This document shows, in pieces, positions 1 through 12,689 of a stretch of DNA of 64,000 bases. The notes beneath the pieces were generated by a model. It was not told the origin of the DNA, did no database searches, and was given only the letters and a program-made list of their open reading frames with translations. The translations under genes and the position numbers were made by a program. Source of the DNA: Thermomonas sp. (GTDB taxonomy: Bacteria; Pseudomonadota; Gammaproteobacteria; Xanthomonadales; Xanthomonadaceae); NCBI RefSeq assembly GCF_023953935.1, contig NZ_JAMLIW010000008.1, positions 26,067 to 90,066 of the forward strand. Direction: 5' to 3'. How positions within the stretch are numbered: the stretch's first letter is position 1; each line of letters opens with the position of its first letter.

Positions 1-1176
1 TGTCCTCTTTGCGCGGCCCATGGCTACCACTGTGCGCTTTTCCAACTGCCTTTCATCGATCACTGTCCCTGGCATGCCACCAAGTTGCACACCGGCTGTC
101 CTCAGTGTGGTCGAACTCGCTGGGCACGCTTTCACCCGGATCTTCGTCTTGGTCGCTGCGACTGCGGATACAACGCGTTCGATGTCAGGACGGCTTCGAT
201 CGACATGTGGCATTTTCCGGCGGCGGAAGTCGACGCATGGGCCAGCCGATATCTGTATTGGGCGGCTGAGGAACGAAAGTCCCGCCTGCTCGTCGTCCCT
301 GCACCGTATAGCAACTGGATGCCGGGATACGCTGCACTGGCGCGCCAATCGCTTGAACTCAAGGCCATGCTCGAAACCGCCAAGCCCACGGCCGAACTGG
401 AAGAATTTTCCGATGCTGGGGAAGACCCACCAGAAGGCGAGTTCTGGGGTTGGAGCCTTCTGGGTGGAGAGCGCCCACTGACGTTCGTGCCGCTCCCCGC
501 CACAATGCACGCCAAGCTCGCTCAGGCAACCCAAGATGCCATAGCAGCATTTCCGGCCGATACCCCCACACCGCTCGAGCTTGCCAACATGAATGGCTTG
601 GAGGAAGGACAAACCCTCAAACAGAACCTCGCCAACCGCCCTGAATGCCTGATCGCTCCGCACGGGTTGTCCAGCGACAAAAGCACTTGGCTCAACCTCT
701 CGGCCGTCGACCCGACGGCAGCTTGTTTCTGCGGCGAGTTGCTGGACAGGGTTATTTCCGGTCTGGAGGTGCGCAACGACGGATGTAGTCGTTCCCTTCA
801 AGCCGCACGATCCCATGCGCTGGATGGGATCGCAGGGCGACGCCACGTGGCCAGAGCCCTGGAAGCCATCCTTGCCCGGGCATATACCCAAGGTTTGGAG
901 ACGGTACTCAGGTCGATAGTGGCCGCCGGGAAATCATCGAAGTGCCAGCGCTGGTCCTTGCCCACGGCCGAGATCGTCATCGAGAACGATGTAATCCGTT
1001 CGGTCAGGGTGTGCTGGACGGCAACACGGCCGCCCTCTGCTAGGCGTATAGTTGATACCTCCGCACCCATCTCACCCGCCACGAAGACCAAGACCGGATC
1101 CACGCCGTCGGCAACGCGACCGCGGACCCGTAATCGTCCGGCGCGTCGAGCTGGAAAAATGCGGCAGAAGAAATAG
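1..1176 (+). CDS. TniQ/TnsD-family (transposition target-selection) protein, 5'-truncated by the window edge; last ~150-300 nt of the ORF doubtful
   Basis: Frame 1 is open from nt 1. Translation CPLCAAHGYHCALFQLPFIDHCPWHATKLHTGCPQCG shows the CxxC..H..CPxH..L..CPxCG zinc-ribbon pattern I associate with TniQ. GC is lower than the rest of the window. The tail (TATRPPSARR..RPRTRNRPARRAG) reads like off-frame text. Confidence 0.5.
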   Translation, partial: CPLCAAHGYHCALFQLPFIDHCPWHATKLHTGCPQCGRTRWARFHPDLRLGRCDCGYNAFDVRTASIDMWHFPAAEVDAWASRYLYWAAEERKSRLLVVPAPYSNWMPGYAALARQSLELKAMLETAKPTAELEEFSDAGEDPPEGEFWGWSLLGGERPLTFVPLPATMHAKLAQATQDAIAAFPADTPTPLELANMNGLEEGQTLKQNLANRPECLIAPHGLSSDKSTWLNLSAVDPTAACFCGELLDRVISGLEVRNDGCSRSLQAARSHALDGIAGRRHVARALEAILARAYTQGLETVLRSIVAAGKSSKCQRWSLPTAEIVIENDVIRSVRVCWTATRPPSARRIVDTSAPISPATKTKTGSTPSATRPRTRNRPARRAGKMRQKK

Positions 1177-1371
1177 CGGGCAGATCGTCAGCGGTTTGAA
1201 GAAATAATGGGCGGTTGTTGGTAGTTCTGGGAATTCCGGGCGAGTTGTTGACAATGAAAGCCCCAACGAAACGCCCGTCCATCTCGCGCTTCTCTTTTGA
1301 AATCAATCGGGTGGTTTCAGGGCGAATGCTCGGCGTCAATCAACATGAACTAACCGTACGAATTGAATGAT

Positions 1372-3054
1372 TTACAAGGATTCTTTATAAGTGATTAGCA
1401 GTTGGATGGCCTCGCCGCCACGCCAGCTGTCAGGGGCGATCCGATAGGCAATGTGCAGCCGTTGACTGGGCGCGCTGCCGTCCCAGCCGTTGAACGCAAT
1501 GGCGGAAAACCGCGCTCCGTTCAGCCCGAGCTCCAGCTTCAGGTGCCGGTCCTTGAGCACGCGCCAGTCGAGGACGTCGAACACATCGTCGAACATCGGT
1601 TCCGGATAGCCCTGTCCCCAGTGGCCGCCGTCGCACAGTGCCACGGCGGCGCGGAACGTGAGCTCATCCGGGGCCAGGGCGCCATCGCTGTGGATCACGT
1701 CGGTCAGGAGCTCTTCGGCAAGCGTCTGCCCGACGACGGCGTCGAAAGCATCACGAAAAATCGGGAAATCCCCGCGTGCCAGACTCAGGCCGGCGGCCAT
1801 GGCGTGGCCCCCGAATCGCAGGATCAAGCCGGGATGGCGTGCATCGACCAGTGCCAGTGCATCGCGAATGTGAAATCCCGGGATCGACCGCGCCGAACCG
1901 CGCAACACGGCGGCCTCCGGTTCCACCGGCGCGAACGCGATCGCGGGCCGGTGCAGCTTTTCCTTGAGTTTGGAGGCAATCAGGCCAACCACGCCGGGGT
2001 GCCAGTCCGGGTCGAAGAGGCAGGCGCCGTGGACGTCGTTGAGGGCATCGAGGCGGGTTTCCGCATGGTCCTGCATCTGCGCCTGCAAGGCGCGGCGCTG
2101 GGTGTTGATATCGTTCAGGGTGGTGGCCAGTTCGCGCGCCTGGCCGGCATCTTCAGCCAGCAGGCACTCGATCCCGATCGCCATGTCTTCCAGGCGCCCG
2201 GCCGCGTTGATGCGCGGGCCGATGGCAAATCCGATGTCGGCCGTGGTGAGGGTGGCATTCTTGCGCCCTGCGACTTCGATCAAGGCGTGCAGCCCGGTGC
2301 AGCCCTGCCCGGTCCGCAATCGCCTGAGCCCTGCACCGATCAGCGCCCGGTTGTTGGCATCCAGCGGCACCATGTCGGCCACGGTGCCCACCGCCACCAG
2401 ATCCAGCAGTGACGGCAGGTCGGCCCTGGATCCCAGCCGCGCGCGCAGTGCCAGCAGCACGTAGAAGATCACGCCGACGCCGGCCAGGGCCTTGCTGGCG
2501 AAGCCGTCGCCCGGTTGGTTCGGATTGACGATCGCATCGGCCGGCGGCAGCGTCGCTCCCGGCAGGTGGTGATCGGTGACGAGGACTTGCCAGCCGCGCG
2601 CCTTGGCGGCGCTGATGCCGGCGTGGCAGGCGATGCCGTGGTCCACGGTGACGACAAGATCGGGCGCAAGCGCGGCCAATTCATCGACCAGCCCCGGCGT
2701 CAGCCCGTAGCCGTGGACAATGCGGTTGGGCACCGCGTGCAGCACGTTGCGCGCCCCGAGCAGGCGCAGGCCGCGCACGCCGACGGCGCAGGCGGTGGCA
2801 CCGTCGCAGTCGAAATCACCGACGACAAGAATGCGCGCATTGCGTTCGATCGCCGATTGCAGCAGCGCGGTCGCGGCGTCGATGTCTTTCAGGGCGTGGT
2901 ACGGCAGCAACCCGGACAGCCGCGGCATGGCGGCTGCAAAGTCGCGGCTGCCGCGCGCGGCGTGGACCCGCCGGAGCACGTCCGGCCAATCGGCCGGCCA
3001 CTCCCCAGTGGGCAGCACCGCGGGGCGTCGCACGATGCGGCGGCGCACCGTCAC
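1372..3054 (-). CDS. recJ: single-stranded-DNA-specific exonuclease RecJ
   Basis: 560 aa with DHH-family motifs (VVGDFDCDGATACAV, VTDHH, GGHAMAAG). The start overlaps the stop of the upstream gene by 4 nt. Confidence 0.95.
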   Translation of the reverse strand: MTVRRRIVRRPAVLPTGEWPADWPDVLRRVHAARGSRDFAAAMPRLSGLLPYHALKDIDAATALLQSAIERNARILVVGDFDCDGATACAVGVRGLRLLGARNVLHAVPNRIVHGYGLTPGLVDELAALAPDLVVTVDHGIACHAGISAAKARGWQVLVTDHHLPGATLPPADAIVNPNQPGDGFASKALAGVGVIFYVLLALRARLGSRADLPSLLDLVAVGTVADMVPLDANNRALIGAGLRRLRTGQGCTGLHALIEVAGRKNATLTTADIGFAIGPRINAAGRLEDMAIGIECLLAEDAGQARELATTLNDINTQRRALQAQMQDHAETRLDALNDVHGACLFDPDWHPGVVGLIASKLKEKLHRPAIAFAPVEPEAAVLRGSARSIPGFHIRDALALVDARHPGLILRFGGHAMAAGLSLARGDFPIFRDAFDAVVGQTLAEELLTDVIHSDGALAPDELTFRAAVALCDGGHWGQGYPEPMFDDVFDVLDWRVLKDRHLKLELGLNGARFSAIAFNGWDGSAPSQRLHIAYRIAPDSWRGGEAIQLLITYKESL

Positions 3055-3986
3055 GGCAGCAGGCGCTCCAGCGGCTTGCGCCAGAGCCGCCAGCGCTGGC
3101 GGCGCGCCAGGGTGAAGACATGGCCGTCGCTGAAATCCAGCACCACCGCGTGTTGGGAGACCGTGGCCGCCGCTGCGTCGAGCCAGTGCTGGATCAGCCC
3201 CGACCAGTCGCGCTGGCCGCGCAGGTCGACCAGCGCGGCGGCGGAAAAATCCTTGAATTCGGTCAGATTCATGCCGCCCAGCTTGGCCAGAATGGCGGCG
3301 CCGCGCAGCTCTGGATCGTCTGAATACAGGGTCGGTCCGGCACTCGCAATCGCATCAGGCAACACCCCGCCCCCCCAGAACCACAGACCATTGACAGGCA
3401 CCCGGCCCGACTCCAGCCGGCGCGCATTGTGCGGGTGGTTGTGCAGGAGGATCTGGGCCTCGCTCATCAGGGTGCGCCAGCGCCGCGCCTCGGGCCCATC
3501 GGGCGCGTGCTCGAACACGTCATCGCCGAGCGCCTGCTCGGGCGTCGCGAATTCCGGCAGCTTCACCGCCGGCGCCAGCCGCAGGTACCAACGCTCCGGA
3601 TGTGGCGCATCCAGGGTCATCCCGGCGTCGCCGAACAGCGGCCGCAGCGCCGGCAGGAAGGCTTCGACATCGGCCGGATCGAGGCCGACGGTGCGGCCGA
3701 TCCCCAGCAGACGCACGCCATTGATATCGGCGCGCAGGTGGGCGGGATCGGCGCGCAGCCAAGCATCCGGGCTGGCGCCCTCGATGCCGGCTTCGGCCAC
3801 GCGCGCCAGCGCGGCGGAAGGCCACGCCTGCGGGCGCGGCTGGAAGTGGCGCAGCAGCTGCGCGCGCTCGCCAGTGGCAAGCCGCGCCCGTTCCGCCCGG
3901 CCGAGCGCCTTGCCCAGCGCGGGTGGTAGCGGCTGCCCGGCGAAGTTTGCCAGTGCGGGCAGCAGCAGGATCAGGCGATTGGTCAC
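3051..3986 (-). CDS. rpfE: conserved hypothetical protein, RpfE-type regulatory protein family (assignment from synteny and memory)
   Basis: 311 aa with high GC3, translationally coupled to recJ. Its position between greA and recJ matches the recJ-rpfE-greA arrangement I recall from Xanthomonas campestris. No catalytic motif recognised. Confidence 0.55.
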   Translation of the reverse strand: MTNRLILLLPALANFAGQPLPPALGKALGRAERARLATGERAQLLRHFQPRPQAWPSAALARVAEAGIEGASPDAWLRADPAHLRADINGVRLLGIGRTVGLDPADVEAFLPALRPLFGDAGMTLDAPHPERWYLRLAPAVKLPEFATPEQALGDDVFEHAPDGPEARRWRTLMSEAQILLHNHPHNARRLESGRVPVNGLWFWGGGVLPDAIASAGPTLYSDDPELRGAAILAKLGGMNLTEFKDFSAAALVDLRGQRDWSGLIQHWLDAAAATVSQHAVVLDFSDGHVFTLARRQRWRLWRKPLERLLP

Positions 3987-3998
3987 GCGCTGCGGGGC

Positions 3999-4477
3999 TC
4001 AGCCGAGGTAGGCAACCGAAACGATGTCGAATTCGCGGGTGCCGCCGGGTGCTTCGATGGTGACGGCATCACCGGAGTTCTTGCCGATCAGCGCGCGCGC
4101 CACCGGCGAGGAGATGGCGATCAACCCCTGCTTGATGTCGGCTTCGAGGTCGCCGACGATCTGGTAGGTGGTTTCATCGCCACTGTCGGCGTCGGCCAGC
4201 ACCACGGTGGCACCGAACACCACCCGATCACCCGCCGCCAGCTTGGCCACATCGATGATCTGGGCGTTCGACAGTTCGCCTTCCAGATGCTTGATGCGCC
4301 CTTCGATGAAGCCCTGCTGTTCGCGGGCGGCGTGGTATTCGGCGTTTTCCTTGAGGTCGCCATGGGCGCGCGCTTCGGCGATCGCCTCGATGATGGCGGG
4401 ACGTTTGACCGATTTGAGTTCTTCCAGCTCGGCGCGCAGCCGCTGCGCGCCCTTGGCCGTCATCGGGACCGGCATGT

Positions 4478-4481
<4 letters not shown>
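3999..4481 (-). CDS. greA: transcription elongation factor GreA
   Basis: 160 aa with the typical GreA N-terminal coiled coil ([43 protein letters not shown]) and C-terminal domain. Overlaps the carB stop by 4 nt. Confidence 0.95.
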
Positions 4482-7723
<3,242 letters not shown>

Positions 7724-7724
7724 C

Positions 7725-8861
7725 TCAGCGACCCTCCATCAGGGTGACGAAGCGGTCGAACAGCGGGTCCATGTCCTGTGGCCCCGGGCTGGCTTCGGGG
7801 TGGCCCTGGAAGGAAAACGCCGGGGCGTCGGTCAAGGCGATGCCCTGGTTGGTGCCGTCGAACAGCGAGCGGTGGGTGACGTGGACATTGCCCGGCAGGC
7901 TGGCCTCGTCGATGCAGAAACCGTGGTTTTGCGAGGTGATCAATACCCGCCCGCTGTCGAGATCCTGCACCGGATGATTGGCGCCGTGGTGGCCGTGGCG
8001 CATCTTCATGGTCCTGGCGCCGATTGCCAGCGCCAGCAGCTGGTGGCCGAGGCAGATGCCGTACAGCGGAATCTTCGCCTCGACGAAGGCGCGAGTGGCC
8101 GCGATCGCGTAATCGCAGGCCGACGGATCGCCGGGGCCGTTGGACAGGAATACCCCGTCGGGCCGCATAGCCAGCACCTCGCTGGCCGGGGTCTGCGCCG
8201 GCACCACGTGGACGTCGCAGCCGCGCTCGGCCAGCATCCGCAGGATGTTGCGCTTGCAGCCGAAATCGTAGGCGACCACCTTGAACTTCGGTGTACCGCC
8301 ACGGAATGCGTTGCGGTCCAGATCCAGTTGGCCCTCGCTCCAGCGATACGGTGCCTGCGTCGTCACCACTTTGGCCAAGTCCATCCCGGCCAGGCCCGGG
8401 AACTTGCGCGCCGCTTCGATCGCGGCATCGACATCGAGGGCTTCGTCGTGACGGCTGCCCGCCAGCAGCGCGCCGTTTTGCGCGCCGCGCTCACGCAGCA
8501 GCCGGGTCAATTTGCGGGTGTCGATGCCGGCAATCGCCGGGATGTCGCGCGCTTCCAGCCAGCTCGGCAGCGCGCCCTGACTGCGCCAGCTGCTCGGCGT
8601 GGTCGGTCGGTTGCGGACGATCAGACCTGCGGCCCAGACCTGCGACGATTCATCGTCCTGGTCGGTGCAGCCGGTATTGCCGATGTGCGGATAGGTCAGT
8701 GCCACCAGCTGGCGGGCGTAGGAAGGATCGGTGAGGATCTCCTGATAGCCGGTCATGGCCGTGTTGAAGACCACCTCACCGACCGCCAGACCGGCCGCGC
8801 CCGTGGAAATGCCCTCGAAGACGGTGCCGTCTTCAAGCGCGAGGATTGCGGGGATATCCAA
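7725..8861 (-). CDS. carA: carbamoyl-phosphate synthase small (glutaminase) subunit
   Basis: 378 aa with [31 protein letters not shown] and the GATase region GICLGHQLL. The start codon read from the sequence is TTG. Confidence 0.95.
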   Translation of the reverse strand: MDIPAILALEDGTVFEGISTGAAGLAVGEVVFNTAMTGYQEILTDPSYARQLVALTYPHIGNTGCTDQDDESSQVWAAGLIVRNRPTTPSSWRSQGALPSWLEARDIPAIAGIDTRKLTRLLRERGAQNGALLAGSRHDEALDVDAAIEAARKFPGLAGMDLAKVVTTQAPYRWSEGQLDLDRNAFRGGTPKFKVVAYDFGCKRNILRMLAERGCDVHVVPAQTPASEVLAMRPDGVFLSNGPGDPSACDYAIAATRAFVEAKIPLYGICLGHQLLALAIGARTMKMRHGHHGANHPVQDLDSGRVLITSQNHGFCIDEASLPGNVHVTHRSLFDGTNQGIALTDAPAFSFQGHPEASPGPQDMDPLFDRFVTLMEGR

Positions 8862-9050
8862 ATGCGTCGCCTTTGCTTGGGTTGCACGAAAGCGCCGGAG
8901 CGGGTTGGCCGGTCCGGAACTGCGGGTGTTCAGGCGAGGGGAAATTGTACCGACGCGGGCGCGGGCGCGCCAGTGCGGGTTGCAACGCAGGGGTTTGGCT
9001 GCCTGCGCAACGGCCTTGGCAAGTGGAACCTGAAAACCTCGAGGCAGGCG

Positions 9051-9389
9051 TCAGGGTTTCAGGATGAGGCCGCGCGGCGGGCCATTCCAGCCGGCATCGC
9101 TGCGGCGATCGACCTCGAACACTCGCAGGTCCGCCTCCGATCGATACTTGACGTAGAAGACTTTCAGCTGTGCGTCGGATCGGGAGTCGGCCCGCCACCA
9201 AAGCGCATCACCATTGGCGTCGCTGCGGGATTCCACCCATTGCACCCGCAGGTCCGCGTCGGAACGACGGTCCACGCGATAGACCTTGATGTCGGCTTCC
9301 GACGGATACTGCACCTCGATCACGCGCACCGCCTGGGCCTGACCGCATGCCAACAGGGCGATAACGAGCAGCGTCGGCCGGAATTTCAT
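9051..9389 (-). CDS. small secreted repeat protein (five to six ~13-aa [RS]SDADL[KR]V..V units), function unknown
   Basis: ATG at 9389 preceded by AGGAAGG. Signal peptide MKFRPTLLVIALLACGQAQA. Mature part is repeats YPSEADIKVYRVD / RRSDADLRVQWVE / SRSDAQLKVFYVK / YRSEADLRVFEVD. Confidence 0.7.
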   Translation of the reverse strand: MKFRPTLLVIALLACGQAQAVRVIEVQYPSEADIKVYRVDRRSDADLRVQWVESRSDANGDALWWRADSRSDAQLKVFYVKYRSEADLRVFEVDRRSDAGWNGPPRGLILKP

Positions 9390-9505
9390 CGGTACCTTCC
9401 TGTTGCAATGGGCTTTGACAGGTGGAACGGCAAACGCTGCGGAAACCGGCAACCTTCAAGCCCGCAAGCCTGCAAGCAAGCGGTCGGGACCGGCTCGAGT
9501 CCTCG

Positions 9506-10210
9506 TCAAACCAGGTTTTCGAATGGATAGCGCCCCGGTTCACGGCCGTGCAACCGCCGCGCCGCGTGCAGGGCGCCGCGGGCGAAGATGTCGCGGGAGC
9601 TGGCGCGGTGGATCAACTCGATGCGCTCCCCGGTCCCGGTGAACTGCACCAGATGCTCGCCGACGATGTCTCCGGCACGGATCGAGGCGTAGTGCGGCAC
9701 CACGCCGGCCGTCTGTGCGCTGGCGCCGAGGGTGAGCGCGGTGCCCGACGGCGCGTCCTTCTTGTGGGCGTGGTGGGATTCGACGATGTCGCAGTCCCAG
9801 CCGTGCAGCAGGCCTGCGGCCTGTGACACCAATACCTGCAGTACGGCAACGCCGAGGCTGTAATTGCTGGCCCAGACCAGCGGGATGCGCGCAGCGGCGG
9901 CATCCAGCGCGGCCTGCTGCCCCTCCGAAAGGCCGGTCGTTCCCGAAACCAGGGCGGTCCGGCGCGCCAGGCACAGGGCCAGTACGGTATCGAAACCGTC
10001 CGGCAGACTGAAGTCGACCGCCACGTCGAAATCCGGGACATCATCGAGTTCGGCAACCGCGAACCCGGGGACCCCGGTCTCCTGCGGCGCATGTCGTGCG
10101 ACGGCGGCGACCACGGTACAGCCGAGGCCCTCCTCGCGACACAGCCGCAGCAGCGCACGGCCCATGCGGCCGGTGGCACCGTGGATCAGGAGGCGGACAG
10201 GCGGGCTCAT
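9506..10210 (-). CDS. dapB: 4-hydroxy-tetrahydrodipicolinate reductase
   Basis: 234 aa with LIHGATGRMGRAL (NAD(P) binding) and the ESHHAHKKDAPSGTA DapB signature. Confidence 0.93.
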   Translation of the reverse strand: MSPPVRLLIHGATGRMGRALLRLCREEGLGCTVVAAVARHAPQETGVPGFAVAELDDVPDFDVAVDFSLPDGFDTVLALCLARRTALVSGTTGLSEGQQAALDAAAARIPLVWASNYSLGVAVLQVLVSQAAGLLHGWDCDIVESHHAHKKDAPSGTALTLGASAQTAGVVPHYASIRAGDIVGEHLVQFTGTGERIELIHRASSRDIFARGALHAARRLHGREPGRYPFENLV

Positions 10211-10280
10211 GCCCGCAGGCTAGCCTGCGGCGGCACGTTGCGGCAAGGCCCCCGTTTGCCGGCACCTTGCTTGGACAGCT

Positions 10281-12575
10281 TCAACGTTCCGCATTCACGC
10301 TCTGCAGGCGGTCCACCATCTGGTGCATGGCATCGTCGAAGGCGGTCTGGCCTTCGCGCAGGCGGATCTTGTCGAGCGCCACCATCGCCGCCAGTTCCTG
10401 CGCCGATGCCACCAGCACGCGGATGCCGCGCCGGTTGACCAGCAGCAGGCGCGCGGAAATCGGGCTGATCCAGGACACCTTGGCCGGCGCGAAACGCTGG
10501 TCGGCGGTGGCCAGCTGCAGCCAGTCGCCCACTTTCAAGGCCTTGATGCGATCAAGGACGCCGGCATCGAAGTCCAGATGTGCATTGTCCGCGACCACCT
10601 CGAGTTTTGGCGGGGCCACCTGTTCGACCGGCACGACCTGGGTGGCGATCCGCGCATCCGCCTCGGGGACGGCCTGCCCGGCAGCCATGCGCGCGAGCAA
10701 CTCGTTCAGCGCGTCATGCGCCGCATGCGCCGCCGCATCGGTGAAACCGGCGCTGGAGAGGATTTCCAGCAAGCCCGCTTCCGGCAGCGGACACGCCGGA
10801 TCCGGCCAGCGGCCGGCGGCCGCGCGATCCAGCGCCGCCAGCAACCCATCCACGGTTGTCAACGCGCGATCGTAGCGGACCGAATCGACACCGTCGCGCA
10901 GCGCCACCTGGACCAGGTGGTGGGCGGTGTGGCGGGACAGGAAGTCGGCGATGACCGGGGGCAGATCGCGCTCGCCGCGACGGGACTCGATGTCGCGCAG
11001 GGCCGTTTCGCGGGCGGAATCGAGGCGTTCGCGGCCCCACTGGGCCTCGGTCGTGCGGCGCTCCACCAGCTCGAAACGCTTGCGGTGCTGCGCCATGAAC
11101 GAACGCAGCTCCTGTTCGAGGGTTTCGAAGATTGCAACGTCTTCGTTGAACTCGGCCACCAGCCGGTCGATGGTGTGATCGACGTGGTCGAGCAGCTCGC
11201 GCTCCTGCGGCTCCTCGCCTCGGTTGCCCTCGCAGGCCTCGGCGACGGTGTTGAGCAGTTTGCGCGCCGGGTGTTCCTTCATCAGGAACATACGCCGATC
11301 CTTGACCGCAGCCTTGACGCAGGGCACCAGCATGCGGCCGATCTTCTGGCGGATGCGGGTGTCGTACTGCGGACCGTCGAGCAACACGTCGAACAGCAGG
11401 GCCACCAGGTCGACGGCATCGCCATCGAGCCCGTCCAGGTTGACGTTGTCCCCGGCGACCCCCAGCTTGCGCGCGCTCTGGCCCATGTGCTTGCGCAACT
11501 GGGCGGCGATCGACAGGCCGGCATCGCCGCCGTGCCCGCTTTCGGGAAGGATCGGCGCGGCGTCGCGCTGCATCAGCGACAGGATCGAGAGCAGGTCGTT
11601 GGTGCCCAGGGTCGGGCCCGGAGCAGCCATGCCGCCCATTGGGCCGGCGGTCCCGACGCCGGTGTTCAGACCCATCGCCACCCGCCAGCCCTGCAATTGG
11701 CCCAGCATGTTGGCGAACATCGCCTGGTCGGCGACATTGACCTGCATCGGCGCCTGCACCGCGCCACCTGGCATGCCCATCTGCGGCATGCCCATCTGCG
11801 GCGCACCGGCTTGGGTGGCGGGATCGCGTTGCAGCGCTTCGACCTGGTTGGAATCCGTCGGGTGTGGTTGGGCCTGCTGCGGCGGCGCGCGCCGCGGCTG
11901 GGCGGTTGCGGCCGATGCCTTCAGCTCGGGCAGGATGCCGGCACTGGCCATGAGGGCATTGCAGCGTTCATACAAGTCGCCCAGCGCGGAATCCAGTTCA
12001 CGTTCGAAAAACTTGAACATGATGATCCGCAGCTCGTCGCTGAGGTTCTGGTCCACCATCGCGTGGCCCATCGCGCTGGCCAGGAACACCGGATCCAAAG
12101 GATCGTCGCGACGTTCCAGCTTGGCGCTGCCGGCCACCACCGCCATCCGCTTGCTGGCGATCTCGAACGCGGGGCCATGCGTGCGCAGCACCGCCGCGGC
12201 CAGTTGCTCGACCGCCAGCTGCTGCTCCAGATCCTGATCCGAGAGCAGGCTCAGGCCGGCATCGAGCCCCGATCCGGCTCCGCCCTCGCCGGTCATCGCG
12301 CGGCAGGTGGCCAGCACGGTGAAGCGCGCCGTCACCTGGCTGCGGAATCCCTGGACGATCTGCGCGCGCGCCCGGCGCATCTCCCGCAGGGCACCCAAGC
12401 CCAGGTCTTCATCCCCCTTCTGGCTCAAATCGAACAGGTAGTCGTCGGCGTCGCCCAGCGCCGCATCCAGGGCGGGCGTGATGCGGTCGAGGACGTGTTT
12501 TTGCAGGGCGTCGAACAACGAGTGGGTCGCTGTGCCTGCGCCGAATCTGGAATCCGTGGGGGGCCGGATGTTCAT
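10281..12575 (-). CDS. DUF1631-family protein
   Basis: ~764 aa from the ATG at 12575 (MNIRPPTDS..). The N-terminal LFDALQKHVLDR..DDYLFDLS and overall layout match my memory of DUF1631. Start uncertain (alternative at 12635). Confidence 0.75.
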   Translation of the reverse strand: MNIRPPTDSRFGAGTATHSLFDALQKHVLDRITPALDAALGDADDYLFDLSQKGDEDLGLGALREMRRARAQIVQGFRSQVTARFTVLATCRAMTGEGGAGSGLDAGLSLLSDQDLEQQLAVEQLAAAVLRTHGPAFEIASKRMAVVAGSAKLERRDDPLDPVFLASAMGHAMVDQNLSDELRIIMFKFFERELDSALGDLYERCNALMASAGILPELKASAATAQPRRAPPQQAQPHPTDSNQVEALQRDPATQAGAPQMGMPQMGMPGGAVQAPMQVNVADQAMFANMLGQLQGWRVAMGLNTGVGTAGPMGGMAAPGPTLGTNDLLSILSLMQRDAAPILPESGHGGDAGLSIAAQLRKHMGQSARKLGVAGDNVNLDGLDGDAVDLVALLFDVLLDGPQYDTRIRQKIGRMLVPCVKAAVKDRRMFLMKEHPARKLLNTVAEACEGNRGEEPQERELLDHVDHTIDRLVAEFNEDVAIFETLEQELRSFMAQHRKRFELVERRTTEAQWGRERLDSARETALRDIESRRGERDLPPVIADFLSRHTAHHLVQVALRDGVDSVRYDRALTTVDGLLAALDRAAAGRWPDPACPLPEAGLLEILSSAGFTDAAAHAAHDALNELLARMAAGQAVPEADARIATQVVPVEQVAPPKLEVVADNAHLDFDAGVLDRIKALKVGDWLQLATADQRFAPAKVSWISPISARLLLVNRRGIRVLVASAQELAAMVALDKIRLREGQTAFDDAMHQMVDRLQSVNAER

Positions 12576-12689
12576 GGCGTTGCCTGTGACGTGATGTATT
12601 GACTCAAGGTGAACACTAGCCCAGTTTGCCGGCACAGATATTGATGCCCGTCATGGTTTGACGACCGCCCATCCACGCAGGGCGACCGT

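Noticed and set aside
798-1339. Two minus-strand ORFs (1040..1339 and 798..1103) that would join, after a 1-nt frameshift near 1105, into a plausible-looking ~170-aa protein (..FFQLDAPDDYGSAV / ADGVDPVLVFVAGEMGAEVSTIRLAEGG..) downstream of recJ and antisense to the 3' end of the TniQ-like ORF.
   Set aside because: I could not decide between this and the plus-strand reading. The 798..1103 frame shares wobble positions with the plus frame, so GC3 does not discriminate, and no family was recognised. It needs an undocumented frameshift. Kept only as a caveat on the 3' end of the TniQ-like call; a homology search of both translations would settle it.
8862-9050. Possible attenuator or promoter structure in the carA upstream region.
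   Set aside because: I found only a TACAAT-like hexamer without a properly spaced -35 box and no convincing terminator/antiterminator pair, so the evidence is insufficient.
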